From assembly GCA_951406725.2 (NCBI GenBank), contig OX597818.1, positions 67,270,001 through 67,334,000 on the forward strand: a stretch of DNA of 64,000 nucleotides, read 5' to 3'. Origin of the DNA: Octopus vulgaris (lineage: Eukaryota). How positions within the stretch are numbered: the first letter of the stretch is position 1; each line of letters begins with the position of its first letter. Shown in pieces: positions 27,486 to 40,414 of the stretch. Both the position numbers and the translations under genes were made by a program. The notes below the pieces were generated by a model that searched no databases, was not told the origin of the DNA, and worked only from the letters and a program-made list of their open reading frames with translations.

Positions 27486-28370
27486 TATATATTATATTAA
27501 ATTAGAGATAAAACCACTATTAGGCAAATCAAAGAGTGAGAATCATAAGCCAATAGATAGAAATAAAATTAATTAAAAAATATATAAAAAATATAAAATA
27601 TAAAATATAAAATTCCAATTAAAATATTTAAATTAAAGTTAAAATTTTAAAAAAATTATTTAAATTAATAATTTAAATTTATAAATTATAAATATATATA
27701 TATTTTTATATTTTTATATTTTTATTTTTGTTAATATTTTTTTAAAATATTTTTTATTTCTTATTTCTTATTTTTTATTTTTATATATTTATTATTTTTA
27801 TATTTTCTATATTTTTATATTTTTATATTTATTTATTTATTTATTTATTTATAAACTATCAAAAAGTATTAAAAGTTTAATAAGATAAATTATTAATTTA
27901 AATAATTTTTTTAAAAAATTAATTTTAATTTAAATATTTTAATTGAATTTTTATATTTTATATTTTATATTTTTTATATATTTTTAATTAATTTTATTTC
28001 TATCTATTGGCTTATGATTTTCACTGTTTGATTTGCCTAATACTGGTTTTATCTCTAATCTTTTTTTCTCTAATCAATTTTTCCCATTTTTAATGCATTT
28101 TTGGCATATATAATGGAAGTAACTCTCTAAAAAATTATTATCAAATCTCAGAACGTAAAAAGCAACAGTATCACTCCCCTTTGTGGTTAACCATATTGAG
28201 ATGGCTATTATACTTTACATCTCTAAAAATGCTTATATAGTTATTTCCCTTACAAACCCGAGCAACGCCGGGCGATATTGCTAGTTTAATATAATATATA
28301 TTTATACTATAACATTTGATTTAATCCTAAATCCAATTGTTCCCTGTAAGTTTGGATTTACTCCCTAATA
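27486..28370. repeat. AT-rich foldback (arms ~27486-27675 / 27886-28058+28285-28300) interrupted by a Helitron
   Basis: attagagataaaaccactattaggcaaatcaaa… versus …tttgatttgcctaatactggttttatctctaa. Confidence 0.8.
28059..28284 (+). mobile_element. non-autonomous Helitron, 5'-deleted
   Basis: 3' hairpin plus CTAG at 28281-28284; removing it restores ctctaa|tttaatataat, which matches the opposite palindrome arm. Confidence 0.85.
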
Positions 28371-28419
28371 TTATTATTATTATTAATTAATATATATATA
28401 AGTATTTATATATATATAT

Positions 28420-28705
28420 AACAATTGCATCGTGGAAGGTGTTTATAAGCCATTTAAGAAATACACAAAAGCCGTTCGATTCACTTCAACATTTAAGTTT
28501 AATTTGTCAAAATATTTTCGTCGCTAAAATCCGCGACCTGTTCACTGACGAAAATATTTTGACAAATTAAACTTAAATGTTGAAGTGAATCGAACGGCTT
28601 TTGTGTGTTTCTTAAATGGCTTATAAACACCTCCCACGCTGCAATTGTTTTCGTTTCAGCACACGATCTCAGATCAAATTCTTGCTATGCGAGTACATCT
28701 CCGTA
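28420..28705. mobile_element. PLE-like foldback insertion in (TA)n (arms 28420-28522 / 28547-28649, tail to ~28705)
   Basis: ~103-bp inverted arms with about 3 mismatches, flanked by (TA)n. Confidence 0.8.
28506..28549 (-). ncRNA. minimal hammerhead-like motif with G3-C8 swapped core
   Basis: GTCA-GTGAACA-G-GTCGC-GGATTTTA-GCGAC-GAA-AATATT-T/TGAC. Confidence 0.55.
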
Positions 28706-31043
28706 ATATATATATATATATATATGTATATATAACGCAATTAAAATCCTGTTTGTATTAGTAAATCTGTATGTGGCAAAACATCAGGTTTTATTGAACG
28801 AAGAAACTGTTTAAATATTGCTTCATTAGCGTGCAACTCTGGGTATTCCAATCACTTCCAACTGTCGACAATCATTCTGCATGCATTTATTCCAAATACC
28901 TTCTCCGGCCATTCGCGAATCGCGGTGATTTCAATGCACAAAGCGTCTTTCTCTAACAATCTTATCACACCAAGACTTCTGACAATGGACCACTCGGATA
29001 ATTTAATTTTAAACTAACTCTCTGCCATTTCATCATCCTCACTTGTTTCATTTGGGATTGAAACCAAATTCGAACGTGACAGTCACTACGTTTTCGCTCA
29101 AACTCTTTCAAACAATTCCCATTCATCCCTCACATAAAATTCTATCATTTCCAAAATAGGTTAAACTGCCTCATATTACATGATCCTACGAGTAGTGTTT
29201 GAGGACTTCAATAAATGTAATGATAGATTTAAAACTAGGGTATTGAACTGAGGCTAACTAATCAACAACATTAGCAAACAACTTAATGTCCGTTTTATTG
29301 TAAAATTAATGTGGAATTTCTAAGGCTGCCCCTTCCTACTAGTAGAGATATGCTATTCTCCACTTACATCGGGGCATACAGTTTTGCATAGAGGGAATTA
29401 TATTTGACGATGAACACTTGATTGCTAGGCATGGCGCTCCAGGCCTGACATTGGATGATTCTGGAATGCACAAGAACTACAATGAAACGCGAAGGTGACA
29501 GGTTTGTATTTCTAGGAATTTCTACACTGCTATAAACCCAATTTCGCCCACGCACTTAAGTGTTGTGTACAGTCATCAGATTGATCCATTCAAAATGCTA
29601 TAAATAACATTATTGTTCTGTGTAACATCTGACTTACTGTACCACATTGAATGGGTTAAATTCTTCAAACTAAAATGTACAGGTTTAAAAGTCTAAGAAA
29701 CTGCATTAAATAAACTCGCAATTAATTCTCCTCAATTTTTCCCCATTAGTTGTCCTTGAATAGTTTTTTTTGTGGCATACGGGTGGACCCTAATGTAATA
29801 AATGCTAATAAGCTACAAATTTAATACACTTCAGTCATTCAGTAGTTCTTTTATTACGCGTTACGTGTAGCCTGTTTATAAAAAAAATCAACGGTCTGTG
29901 ATAGCAGTTGCGACGATGATAGGTAAAGAATACATTATCTGTATATTGCAGTGATAATATGAAGAGTGAGTGGTTACTATATTAAACTATTGATCCATGT
30001 CTAATTGGTAATGTGCAGAGAGATAACGAAAAATAGTAAATGTCATTATGTCACCTGCAAGTAGGTGAAAATAAATAGCATTTGAGTTTGTTTTCACAGT
30101 TGATTACCTGATTGTAATAAGATGATTTACGCACACATTAACACTGTAGCACAACTGTTGAATGTAAAAAGAGATAAAATTTAATGGTAAATCATATCAC
30201 GAGAGACATCAACTGATTTTCTTCAAAGTAAGTGGAAATATTGCCATTATATTCTGAAAATTCATGTCATCGACTTTATGGTCTAATTACATCGTATTAG
30301 ATCAAAATTACGTAAAACCATTTCAGAGAATATGATGTTTTTCGCATGTCTTTTGTAGATCTACCATTCCTCATCGTATTAACACAGAGCTATATTTATA
30401 GAACGTTCGTCTGCTTCAACTGTGATAGTTGTAACTTTTTATCATGCCCCAGTGTCATCGTTCCCTAATAAATGTTTCGTTTTCTACATTGCTGATATAT
30501 ACTTTAAAGAAACGTTATGGATTGAAGAACCCATATACAGATATACCCCCATTTTTACTGTTGTGATGCAAAGTGCTGTTCTCTACGACTGATAAGGCAA
30601 ACAAATCAAAAACAGACAAAAAACGCGCAAAACAGAATTGCGGTACCCGTTTCTGCATGCGCAACTTGATTATAGAGAAATGAGCAAAGGCGACCGGATG
30701 AAATATGAGTAATATTTCAAATTTCATCCCAACTTAAAAGCTTGAAAGTTTTATGGATAACTAAAGTTATCACAACTTAAACTTTGCTTGAACCGATCCT
30801 CAATGCCAATGGTGAAGATGTTAATACAGAATGTGGAATGGATGATATTCCATTGTATATCACTATTACCACTTAAGACAGATGGCGGTCTTCAGTAATC
30901 AACTCTCAGCACTTTATATGTTACAGGTGTACAGCAACTTTCGAAATATTTTCAGAATATTATGTACATTGATGTTTTGAACAATATCCTTATGACTTTG
31001 AAATATACATATATAGCAGCAATTATGGAGATGAAAAATTTAG

Positions 31044-31085
<42 letters not shown>

Positions 31086-31225
31086 GTTAATGAAGAAAAT
31101 GCTGACAAAATAATTTAAGTAATTTAATTAGGTGAAGTTCTTTTTACCGGTTGCACATTTGTTATGCTTATCAAAATATATTTTTTAAAGAGAGATTAGA
31201 GTTCCTTTCTGATAGATTTTTTCCT

Positions 31226-31306
<81 letters not shown>

Positions 31307-31350
31307 CATTATTACCCAGAGGCAGGCGTTTGATAAAACGTGACTCAAAT

Positions 31351-31736
31351 GTTATACTCTTTACTTTTACTCTTTTACTTAATTCAGTAATTTGACTGCG
31401 GCCATGCTGGAGCACCGCCTTTAAACGAGCAACGCGACCCCGGGACTTATTCTTTGTAAGCCCAGTATTTATTCTATCGGTCTTTTTTGCCGAACCGCGA
31501 AGTAACAGGGACATAAACACACCACCATCGGTTGTCAAGCAATGCTAGGGGGGCAAGCAGCACAGACACAAAAACACACATATATATACATATATACGAC
31601 GAGCTTCTTTCAGTTTCCGTCTACCAAATCCACTCACAAGGCTTTGGTGGGCCCGAGGCTATAGTACTAGACACAAGGTGCCCCGCAGTGGGACTGAACC
31701 CGGAACCATGTGGTTGATAAGCAAGCTACTTACCAC
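31351..31736 (-). mobile_element. SINE family B, full length
   Basis: Reverse complement of 59591-59996; tRNA-like head (gtggtaagtagcttgc…ggttccgggttcagtccc) and (GTAAAAGA) tail. Confidence 0.85.
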
Positions 31737-32555
31737 TAGAAAAATGTTTTGAAATATACAATGGGGTCGTAGTCACCCAGTGATATCGCAACAGTAGCAG
31801 AACAATTCTAATTCCACACTTATGATTAGTTAAAATCCATTCTTTAATATAAGTATCTTAGTTTATCGATTTAGTTAACCTTCTGGTACATGTCATTGCT
31901 ACAGCGTTTCGGTACCTTCTTGTGTCTGTTTGCATTTAAAATTTGTGGATATTTTATTGCATCGTGGTGCTGAAGTGATATAATTCTGTGGAGAATTTAT
32001 CGTCAGGTATTTCATGTATTTAAACCACACAGATTGAGGAATATATAAGTGGTGGATACATAAATAGGCAGATTGATAAGTATAAGAGAGAGAGAGAGAG
32101 TGATGGATGAGAGTTAGAGAAGACGGGTCTTATTTTTCATACGTTTAATGCTACATAATAATTAATTAAGTTGCAGAAATTTGTCTTCTGAGATAAATTA
32201 TTAATTTTTTCCAAACTTTACCGCATATAAATCTATTCAACCCTGACATATTCATTGATGTATTGGGTATAATTAATTGCAGGTTAATTGCCGTTACCTA
32301 AACTCATTTATTCATTGCCTGATAAAGAAAAGTGTTAAATATATGGCCACATTTAGATTTACACCACTATTTCCAAATTTGGATACATTCTCACAATAGA
32401 TTGAGACAATCTCCATGTGTAAAACACCAGGCAAAGAAACAAACATCTTATTAGAACGACGCCCTTTCGACGTCGTTCTAATAAGGCATCAGTCAATCTC
32501 TTCACATTAGGATATCGTTTAACGTGCATCCCTATATTTTAGGCCCTGGGCTTTG

Positions 32556-32597
<42 letters not shown>

Positions 32598-32604
<7 letters not shown>

Positions 32605-32940
32605 CCAATATTCGTTATAAATATCACCACCAGTGGCCTAGCATGTATAAATAGTCAATAAACAACATATACATATTTTAAAATAGTGTACATTTAAACA
32701 CAAAAGAAAACTACCGTTTAGCACGTAGTTTTTACATGATATAAATAGCAGCCAACACGGCAAAATAAAAATAAAAATAAAAATCACAAGGTAAAAATGT
32801 TTATTTTTTACTTTTCATTTACTTCGAAAATTGCTATTAAATCGTGGTCTTGGCCGTGTTGGCTGCTATTTCTAGCATGTAAAAAGTACCTGCTAAAGGG
32901 TAGTTTTCATTCGTGTTTAATGAACACTATTTTAAAATAT
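32598..32940. mobile_element. diverged foldback insertion in (TA)n (arms ~32673-32761 / ~32853-32940)
   Basis: atattttaaaatagtgt…aaatagcagccaacacggc versus gccgtgttggctgctattt…acactattttaaaatat. Confidence 0.7.
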
Positions 32941-33426
32941 ATATATATATATATATATTTGTCACGAATTTTGACCCTCCGCAAGATCGAAAATTTTATT
33001 CAATTTGCTTTGCGGGGCAACTGTTTTGTCGAAGGTGTATCTTGTCCTGAATTGCTCGAAATACGAAGTAGAAAAAAACCCCGACCGTCTGAGAGAGGAG
33101 GTAATCTTAAGATCTATACGCCTTCAAACCCACATAACCGCAAACACTCTTCATACCATACATAACATTGTTTAGGACAAAATACTTTTCAGCTTGACAA
33201 TCCTGAAATTATTTTTCAGGGATGTTATAAAGAATTTCGAGCTGACCCAAGTGCTTTCAGTAAGCTTCTGTTTACTGCACACATCACAGTTCTCGGATAT
33301 AATTTGTCTTGGATTTTTTATGCGATTCTACTAAAACCACGGATTCCATTCTTGTATTCATTTCCAAAACCCACCTTGTTTATTTGACGAAAACTATATA
33401 TGAAACAAAGTGCTCTTCAAAGAGAA

Positions 33427-33492
<66 letters not shown>

Positions 33493-33524
33493 ATGACGTC
33501 ATCGATATAAATATAAATATACAA

Positions 33525-33587
<63 letters not shown>

Positions 33588-34870
33588 TATGTGGGTGTGG
33601 GCGTGTGTGTGTATGAGTGTGTAAGCGGAATAGGTCGAGACAAAGCTGTAGAAAATGGCATTTGTCCAGATGTTACTGCGTGAAATGGAACTCAAACCCA
33701 TCCCGCTTCGCAGCGAACTATTTCACTCTTCGGCCATGCGCACGCACACAAATACCATAAACATAGAGACAAAATAACTAAATGCAAAAAAACAATTGTA
33801 CAAAGAAATACAATGATAGACCACACTACAGAAGCACATTTTTGCAGGAATTATTTCTTGCGACGGAATTGGTTAAGATGAAATGCGTTTCCGCGTCCTA
33901 CTCCTTGGAACATAGCATTGCGTAAAAATTGTTTTTTTGCGCTGTCAAATTCTACATCGCGTCAAAAATAACAGGAACCCAAGTCTCCTGTATTGCGGCA
34001 GACATCTATATTATAGACTACACATGACCACTATATTAAGAGATTCGTAGATTTTTGAACAATTAATATCGTGTAATCATAACAGTCAGTTTTATATATA
34101 CATTCATTTAATAGAAGTCCATAATACTGTAGCAGTGATTTGCAAATTATAGCTACTAAATACACGAAGTTTGCCAAGACTATGACGAATAGCGAGAAAC
34201 AGAAACAAGAAGGAAGCGGAGAGGGAAGAAAGATATTTATGATTATCAGATTTAGCATATCTTGCAGCGAGTTTATTACAGAAGTCAACGAGATAAACAA
34301 TGTGCCAGTGTAGGTATATTACCTTCAGACAAGAGCTATTAACTCTCTAGCAACGGCAATACAAATAACAATTAAATTTCATCACATGTTTGCTGCAGTG
34401 CAGCACACGTTAGTATCATAAAATTAATGTGAGGACAAATATGTAATATGTTGCGATACGGACACATATATAAATATATAAAACAATCCATTTATACATA
34501 TATGCATCCATACATTCACGCACATATATATATATATATTAAAATACAAATAAATATATAATTATATATATATATATATATATATGCATATATATATATA
34601 TATTTTTTTTTTATATTTATATAGATGACGTCATATTGAATATACATATATATTCTGTATACGCATATGTTGGCGCAAAAACACAAGCAAATTTAGATAT
34701 GTGTAGATAAAGTGAAAGGAAAAAAAAACATTCTTATCACCAATATTCATTTAGATTATTATTTTTTCCATGAATACAAGTATATAATTATGATTGTATG
34801 ACCATATATTTATTCATGCCTTTCAATATACTTATGTATGCACAAGCATACGCACGCACCCACCCACTTA

Positions 34871-34918
<48 letters not shown>

Positions 34919-34988
34919 CATATATATACATATATATATGTATACATATATATATATATATAGATAGATATATATATATTTGTATATA

Positions 34989-35044
<56 letters not shown>

Positions 35045-35049
<5 letters not shown>

Positions 35050-35159
35050 CCGTGACCGACGAGGCTATCAGATTTTGCTACATATCGCTGGTCACAATGC
35101 GCTTCGCATTGTTTTAACCTTCAAATGACGCCACCCCGCTGGCTAAGCGAGCAGGCCAA
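35045..35159 (-). mobile_element. short LINE 3'-end fragment (probably RTE-like) in (TA)n
   Basis: GC-richer 115-bp island between TA tracts; class assignment from recall only. Confidence 0.35.
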
Positions 35160-35171
35160 TATATATATATA

Positions 35172-35333
35172 AAGGGAAAGTTTACGAAAATAAACAAAAG
35201 ACGAAGGCAGGTGGAGTACAAACAAACAAATGTATTAGTATAGCGCTCAGGAATAGAAAAAATTATTTTACGTTTCGAGCCTACGCTCTTCGACAGAAAG
35301 ATACACAGAAAAAAACAAGGAGAGAAAAATAAA
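35172..35333 (-). mobile_element. PLE-like short insertion carrying a minimal HHR
   Basis: Second copy at 10105-10218; 3' end abuts (TA)n. Confidence 0.65.
35266..35299 (-). ncRNA. minimal hammerhead-like motif with CUGUCGA core
   Basis: TTT-CTGTCGA-A-GAGC-GTAG-GCTC-GAAAC-GTA/AAA; palindromic stem III ACGT. Confidence 0.5.
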
Positions 35334-35427
35334 GTGAAAACGAAAGGGACGTTTTTTACGAACAGTTCAAAAGTTTGTAGAAGTCGCGGTGTATTTCAAG
35401 GATTTCACATCAATAACAAAGTCACTT

Positions 35428-35485
<58 letters not shown>

Positions 35486-35489
<4 letters not shown>

Positions 35490-35637
35490 TACGACGGGCT
35501 TCTTCCAGTTTCTGTCTACCAAATCCACTCACAAGTCTTTGGTCTGCCCGAGGCTATAGTAGAAGACATTTGCCCAAGGTGCCATGCAGTGGGACGGAAC
35601 CCAGAACCATGTGGTTCATAAGCAAGCCACTCCTGCG

Positions 35638-35639
<2 letters not shown>
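35486..35639 (-). mobile_element. SINE family B, 5' half
   Basis: Matches 31590-31736. Confidence 0.8.
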
Positions 35640-35681
<42 letters not shown>

Positions 35682-35759
35682 CATACATACATTCATACAC
35701 ACACATACATGAATGTGATGCCGGTTAGAACCATTTCATTGCAACTTTACAGAAAGTTT

Positions 35760-36430
35760 CACTATCGCTGGATATAATCAGTGTCATCGAACAAAACATA
35801 TAGGAAGAAAGCCAATTTCTCCCATGTTTCGTGGTTTGCTACCTCAACAGCCCCTCTATAGGATCCAGTGGTTAAAGACATCATAAGGAGGAAACATGTC
35901 CGGGTTCGATGTGGCAATCCCTCCTCCCTTTCGGAGGTGTCTTCAGCTCTGGTGTTGAGTGCATTTCTTCTTTCTCCTTTTTTCACCTGTTCCTTGGCCT
36001 CTTCGATGCAGTGTGAATAAATGTTAGCAGGCGAATGGCCATCCTGCCAAATTCCCCTTCAAATAATGACCGGGCGAACGACCATCCTGCCAATTTTCCT
36101 TCAGAAGGCTCCAGCACCAGCTAGTTGTCACGCGACACTGTCTAAACTTCAACTGACCAATGACGGGGATGGGCGTGTAATCTTAGCCCGCGCCCACTCT
36201 ATACTTGCCTTCAAACAGTGTCGTGTTAGTTTCAGTTCCAGCAGCCATAGCCGATCAGCTGTTTGCTGGTACAAGCCTTCAAACCAGGCGGACGGGGCGT
36301 CATGAACGAGACCCGTCAACGTCAATCAGCGATGCTGCTTAAATGTTGGCTAGTCTCACCTATTGATGTTATTTCCCAGTTGGCATGCTATGGCTTTCAA
36401 ACCACTTTTGGCCTTCTCGCTTCAGCCATA
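35760..36430 (-). pseudogene. RLE-type non-LTR retrotransposon relic (HERO/NeSL-like), second fragment
   Basis: Degenerate IAT..PDM…LT….AVEVAN resembles the RPD…ELTVPWE…EEA.ERK restriction-like endonuclease motif. Confidence 0.4.
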
Positions 36431-36879
36431 TATAGATGTTGACTTTTTCGACTGCCTCATGTCGTCCTTATTACTTTTCTCATCTCTGAACTCGAAAATG
36501 AAAACCATCTTTTGAATAACGCTGTTATTTTCCTTTCAAGGAAGGAAATGAAGGAAAAAAATTGTTGAATGAACGTCTTTAAAAAAAAAAAAAAATTGGT
36601 AATACGGCAGTCAATTAAAAAATGCAACAACTCACACAAGCTTGTATGCATACATATTTGTATACATATATTTGCATACACACTCATATATACACAGAAA
36701 TGCGTATATGCACAGTTTATTTTCAAGATACATCCTGCGGATAATCTTGAGTGCGTTGTCGGTAATGTTTCTTGTGCACATGGGATTTCGTTTCTTTCCC
36801 CATCTGATTCTCTCTCCCTTTTGACCCAGGTATTGTTGACAGTGATCCAATTTGCATCCTAATAGCAGCAAACCTCTGG

Positions 36880-37860
36880 TCAGCCCTCGTTTCCGGAGTC
36901 CTGTAGAAGCTTTCTTCGCAGGTTCGGGGGTGGAAATATCCTCCCTTTTTGTTGCACCAATACATTAGAGCCGAAATAAAGCTTCGGAGAATGAACGATC
37001 CCAACCCAGAAAAACTCGAAAACCTTCTACATGTGTCTTACCACTTACTTGTCAACCCAATTTCTGCACCGCTCTAACATTCTTATGATATCAGAAAAAA
37101 CTTCCTTTCTTCTGGTCCTTCCATATGTTTCCCCCATCACCTCACAGTTTGTTACCACAGGATCATCTTTTTGGTGGAATTTGGAAAACATCATTTTGCC
37201 TGGATGGAGTGTTTTTAATGAGATATGATCTAGAAATTTTTAACCGTTTTGCAAGATCTGGTCTCAGCAGCAAATCTAGGGCCGAAGATAATAGGAACGA
37301 CGCCCCTAAAGTTTCAATAAATCGGATTCCTCTCCATCTCTGACAAAATTGATGGCTTCTTCCTGGGCGGATATATCGGATGTGAATATCTATTGATATT
37401 ACACCTGCAAACATCCTCAGGACGTACTCATGCCTCCATCGGTAGCGACCATCAGCTAAGACTCTCGGACAGCCACTGAGGGAAGTTGTTGAAAGTATCC
37501 TCCTTTGGGACACAAACGCCCAGCGCGGTGTTTCACTTCTGTCCAATGAGTGATGGGTTGTAGGATTAGTAAACTATTTAGATTACAAATCTGTTGCATA
37601 TGTGGAAAACTCCCCAGGGAATCCGATAAGGTAAAGTGCCGCTGCTAATACTAGCCAATATTCTCCAGGTTTCTTATATGCGAAGACCGACCATTCTGCT
37701 AGGCTTAGCCTCTTCAGCACCCTTGCAAACTTCTTGGAGTAGTTATTTACATTAATTCCCTTTGGTGCATCGGTTCGCACGACAGCAGGACACAAGGAGC
37801 GAGAATGAGTAAAGGCAAAATACGGGCAGCTTACAGTTTCAACCATTTCGTCTTCATCAA
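36880..37860 (-). pseudogene. RLE-type non-LTR retrotransposon relic (HERO/NeSL-like)
   Basis: ORF contains LSGCPRVLADGRYRWRHEYVLR (CCHC knuckle signature C…GRYRWRHD.VL). Confidence 0.75.
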
Positions 37861-38317
37861 GTAGCTGCTTTGAGATATGTAAAATGAAAACCTTTACTGT
37901 TTAGGGCAAGAAATAAATACTTTCAATACGTAATATATTCTCAGAAGTAATACTGTTATGTAAAGACACGTTATACTCATCATTTGCGCATTTTGTCAAA
38001 TCTGTGCTATACACAGAAGCATCTATACTCAAAATTAACCTTGAGATATGAGAAGAGCAGCCTACCAGCTTACTATTTTAGATAACACTTCCCTACTAGC
38101 TGGCCTCGTGCTGTCAAGAATGACGGTTAATTGTAGTATTTTTAAATATAAAATAAGGTACAAAACAACCTAGGTAATAATCACAGATAGTAACGTTCAC
38201 ATACTTCCATTTTACGCGCACATCCCTACACACATATACTCACACAGAATTGAAACGCTGTTTGATTTTTCTTTTCAGCGTTGAACGTTCACCATCTAAT
38301 TTCCGTTGCACACATAG

Positions 38318-38381
<64 letters not shown>

Positions 38382-39469
38382 ACACATTCACATACCTCCC
38401 TTTTACATACACACAGATATACTCACGCAGACTTTAAACACTGTTTGATTTAGATTTCACCGTAGAACTTCCATCATCTGGCTACCATGTTTGCCATCCC
38501 CGCTCCTTTCCTTATTTATTTATTACTCCTTCCTTTCTCATTCCTATATTGTTACGCAGAAAAGCACAAGAGTATTATTATAGTAAATTCTTTCTCATTG
38601 TTACATTTTTCATATTCCTCTCACTCATTATATCCCACCACCCTCATGACCTCACCCACCCCCGAAAGTGGTCTCCTCTCATTCCTCTAACCTTTGAACC
38701 ACTTATGCACTCTTTATTCTCTTCCCCTTATTCAATTTCATACACCTCTGCATGGCAAATATATCTTCCTCCAATACCAAGCCACATTCACTATCCAAAT
38801 AACCACTGCTATTTTCACCACCAACTTACCCCACTCTGTCCACCCCTCTATCTTGTCTCATAGCCTTCTACATACCTTAACAGTCTCCTCCTCTCTCCGA
38901 ACTAGACGTCTGATTTCCCTCAAATATTTACCGTTCCTTTTCTCACTACCTCAACAACAAATAGTTCTTCAGATTTATACTCAACACAATAGACTGCCAT
39001 TCAGATACTATCTACACCCACCCTACTACTCACCTGCCTACACCCCGCATCTCTTCGTCGTCCTCCTCCTACTACTACTACTATTGCTATTACTACTACT
39101 ACTACGACTACCTTGCTAGTCTCTATTGAACCCTCACGCTTTTTGAACTATAGTTCCACCTCTCATCATTCCCTGTCTCAATGTCCCTTAGTTACTCCGC
39201 TATTACACTTCGCTCTCCACCTCTAACCATACACTTTTTGAGCTTTAATGGATTAAATTTTGAACTGTAAGATCTTTTCTACCCAGATGAAGCAGACACG
39301 TCTCTTCCTATGTTAAATGCAATCTTACGGAGGCATTTTATGAAGGACAACATATACCCAAATTATTATGCAACGCCGAGCCCCCAGACACAGTTGTTGG
39401 TCTCATAACACCTTTCACCACTTGAAATCTCTCTATCATGTGCATTCTGTGTAAGTTGGACTTACATAT

Positions 39470-39584
<115 letters not shown>

Positions 39585-39669
39585 AATTCCTCATCTGAAA
39601 GCTAAATTTTTTTGCTTACTCTCGCTTTGCATGTATACACACATACATATTCTGAAACTAATGTACTTA

Positions 39670-39970
39670 GTATATTTAATATATCGTAAGGTCGAGAGTT
39701 CAATTACCTGTGACGCGTTGTGTTCTTGAGCAAGATACTTTATTTTCACGTTGCTCCAGTCCATTCAGCTGGCAAAAGTGAGTTGCTCCTATATTTCAAA
39801 GGGCAAGCCTTGTCAATCTCTGTGTCACGCTGAATCTCCCTGAGACATATGTTAGAGGTAAATATGTCTGGGGATTGCTCGGCCATTTGCACGTTAATTT
39901 CACAAGCAAGCTGTTCCGTTGATCGTATCTGCTATGACCCACGTCGCCGCAACAAACGAAGTGCTCCTTT
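39670..39970 (+). mobile_element. SINE family C (degenerate)
   Basis: ttcttgagcaagatacttt…ttttcacgttgctccagtccattcag shared with 13048-13340. Confidence 0.65.
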
Positions 39971-40018
39971 TTAATTTTTAACATACATGATGTGTCTAAT
40001 TTGCTTATCACCATAATC

Positions 40019-40075
<57 letters not shown>

Positions 40076-40414
40076 TGTGTGTGTGTGTGTTCGTATTCAC
40101 AAACAGATGTATATGTATCTTAGTTGTTTTGTGTTTTATGTTTGTGCAGAGGTGGGTATTGGTCTTTCCTTTCCACTTCATAAAAGTCTAACATTTCATA
40201 ATACTGATCTTATATTACAGTTGACTAATTATTTACGAATTATCTTTGAACCCAGATATTCTTGGCAACACGATATTTTCACTCACGATAATCATACAGA
40301 ACAAATCTAACAAAAAAACACTAACAAGCTACTAATCGACCGCAAACGGTTTATATCTAAATGTCGTGAGCTATGACGTAATTTTCTCACTTGTGGTATG
40401 AATAGAGTCTTTGC

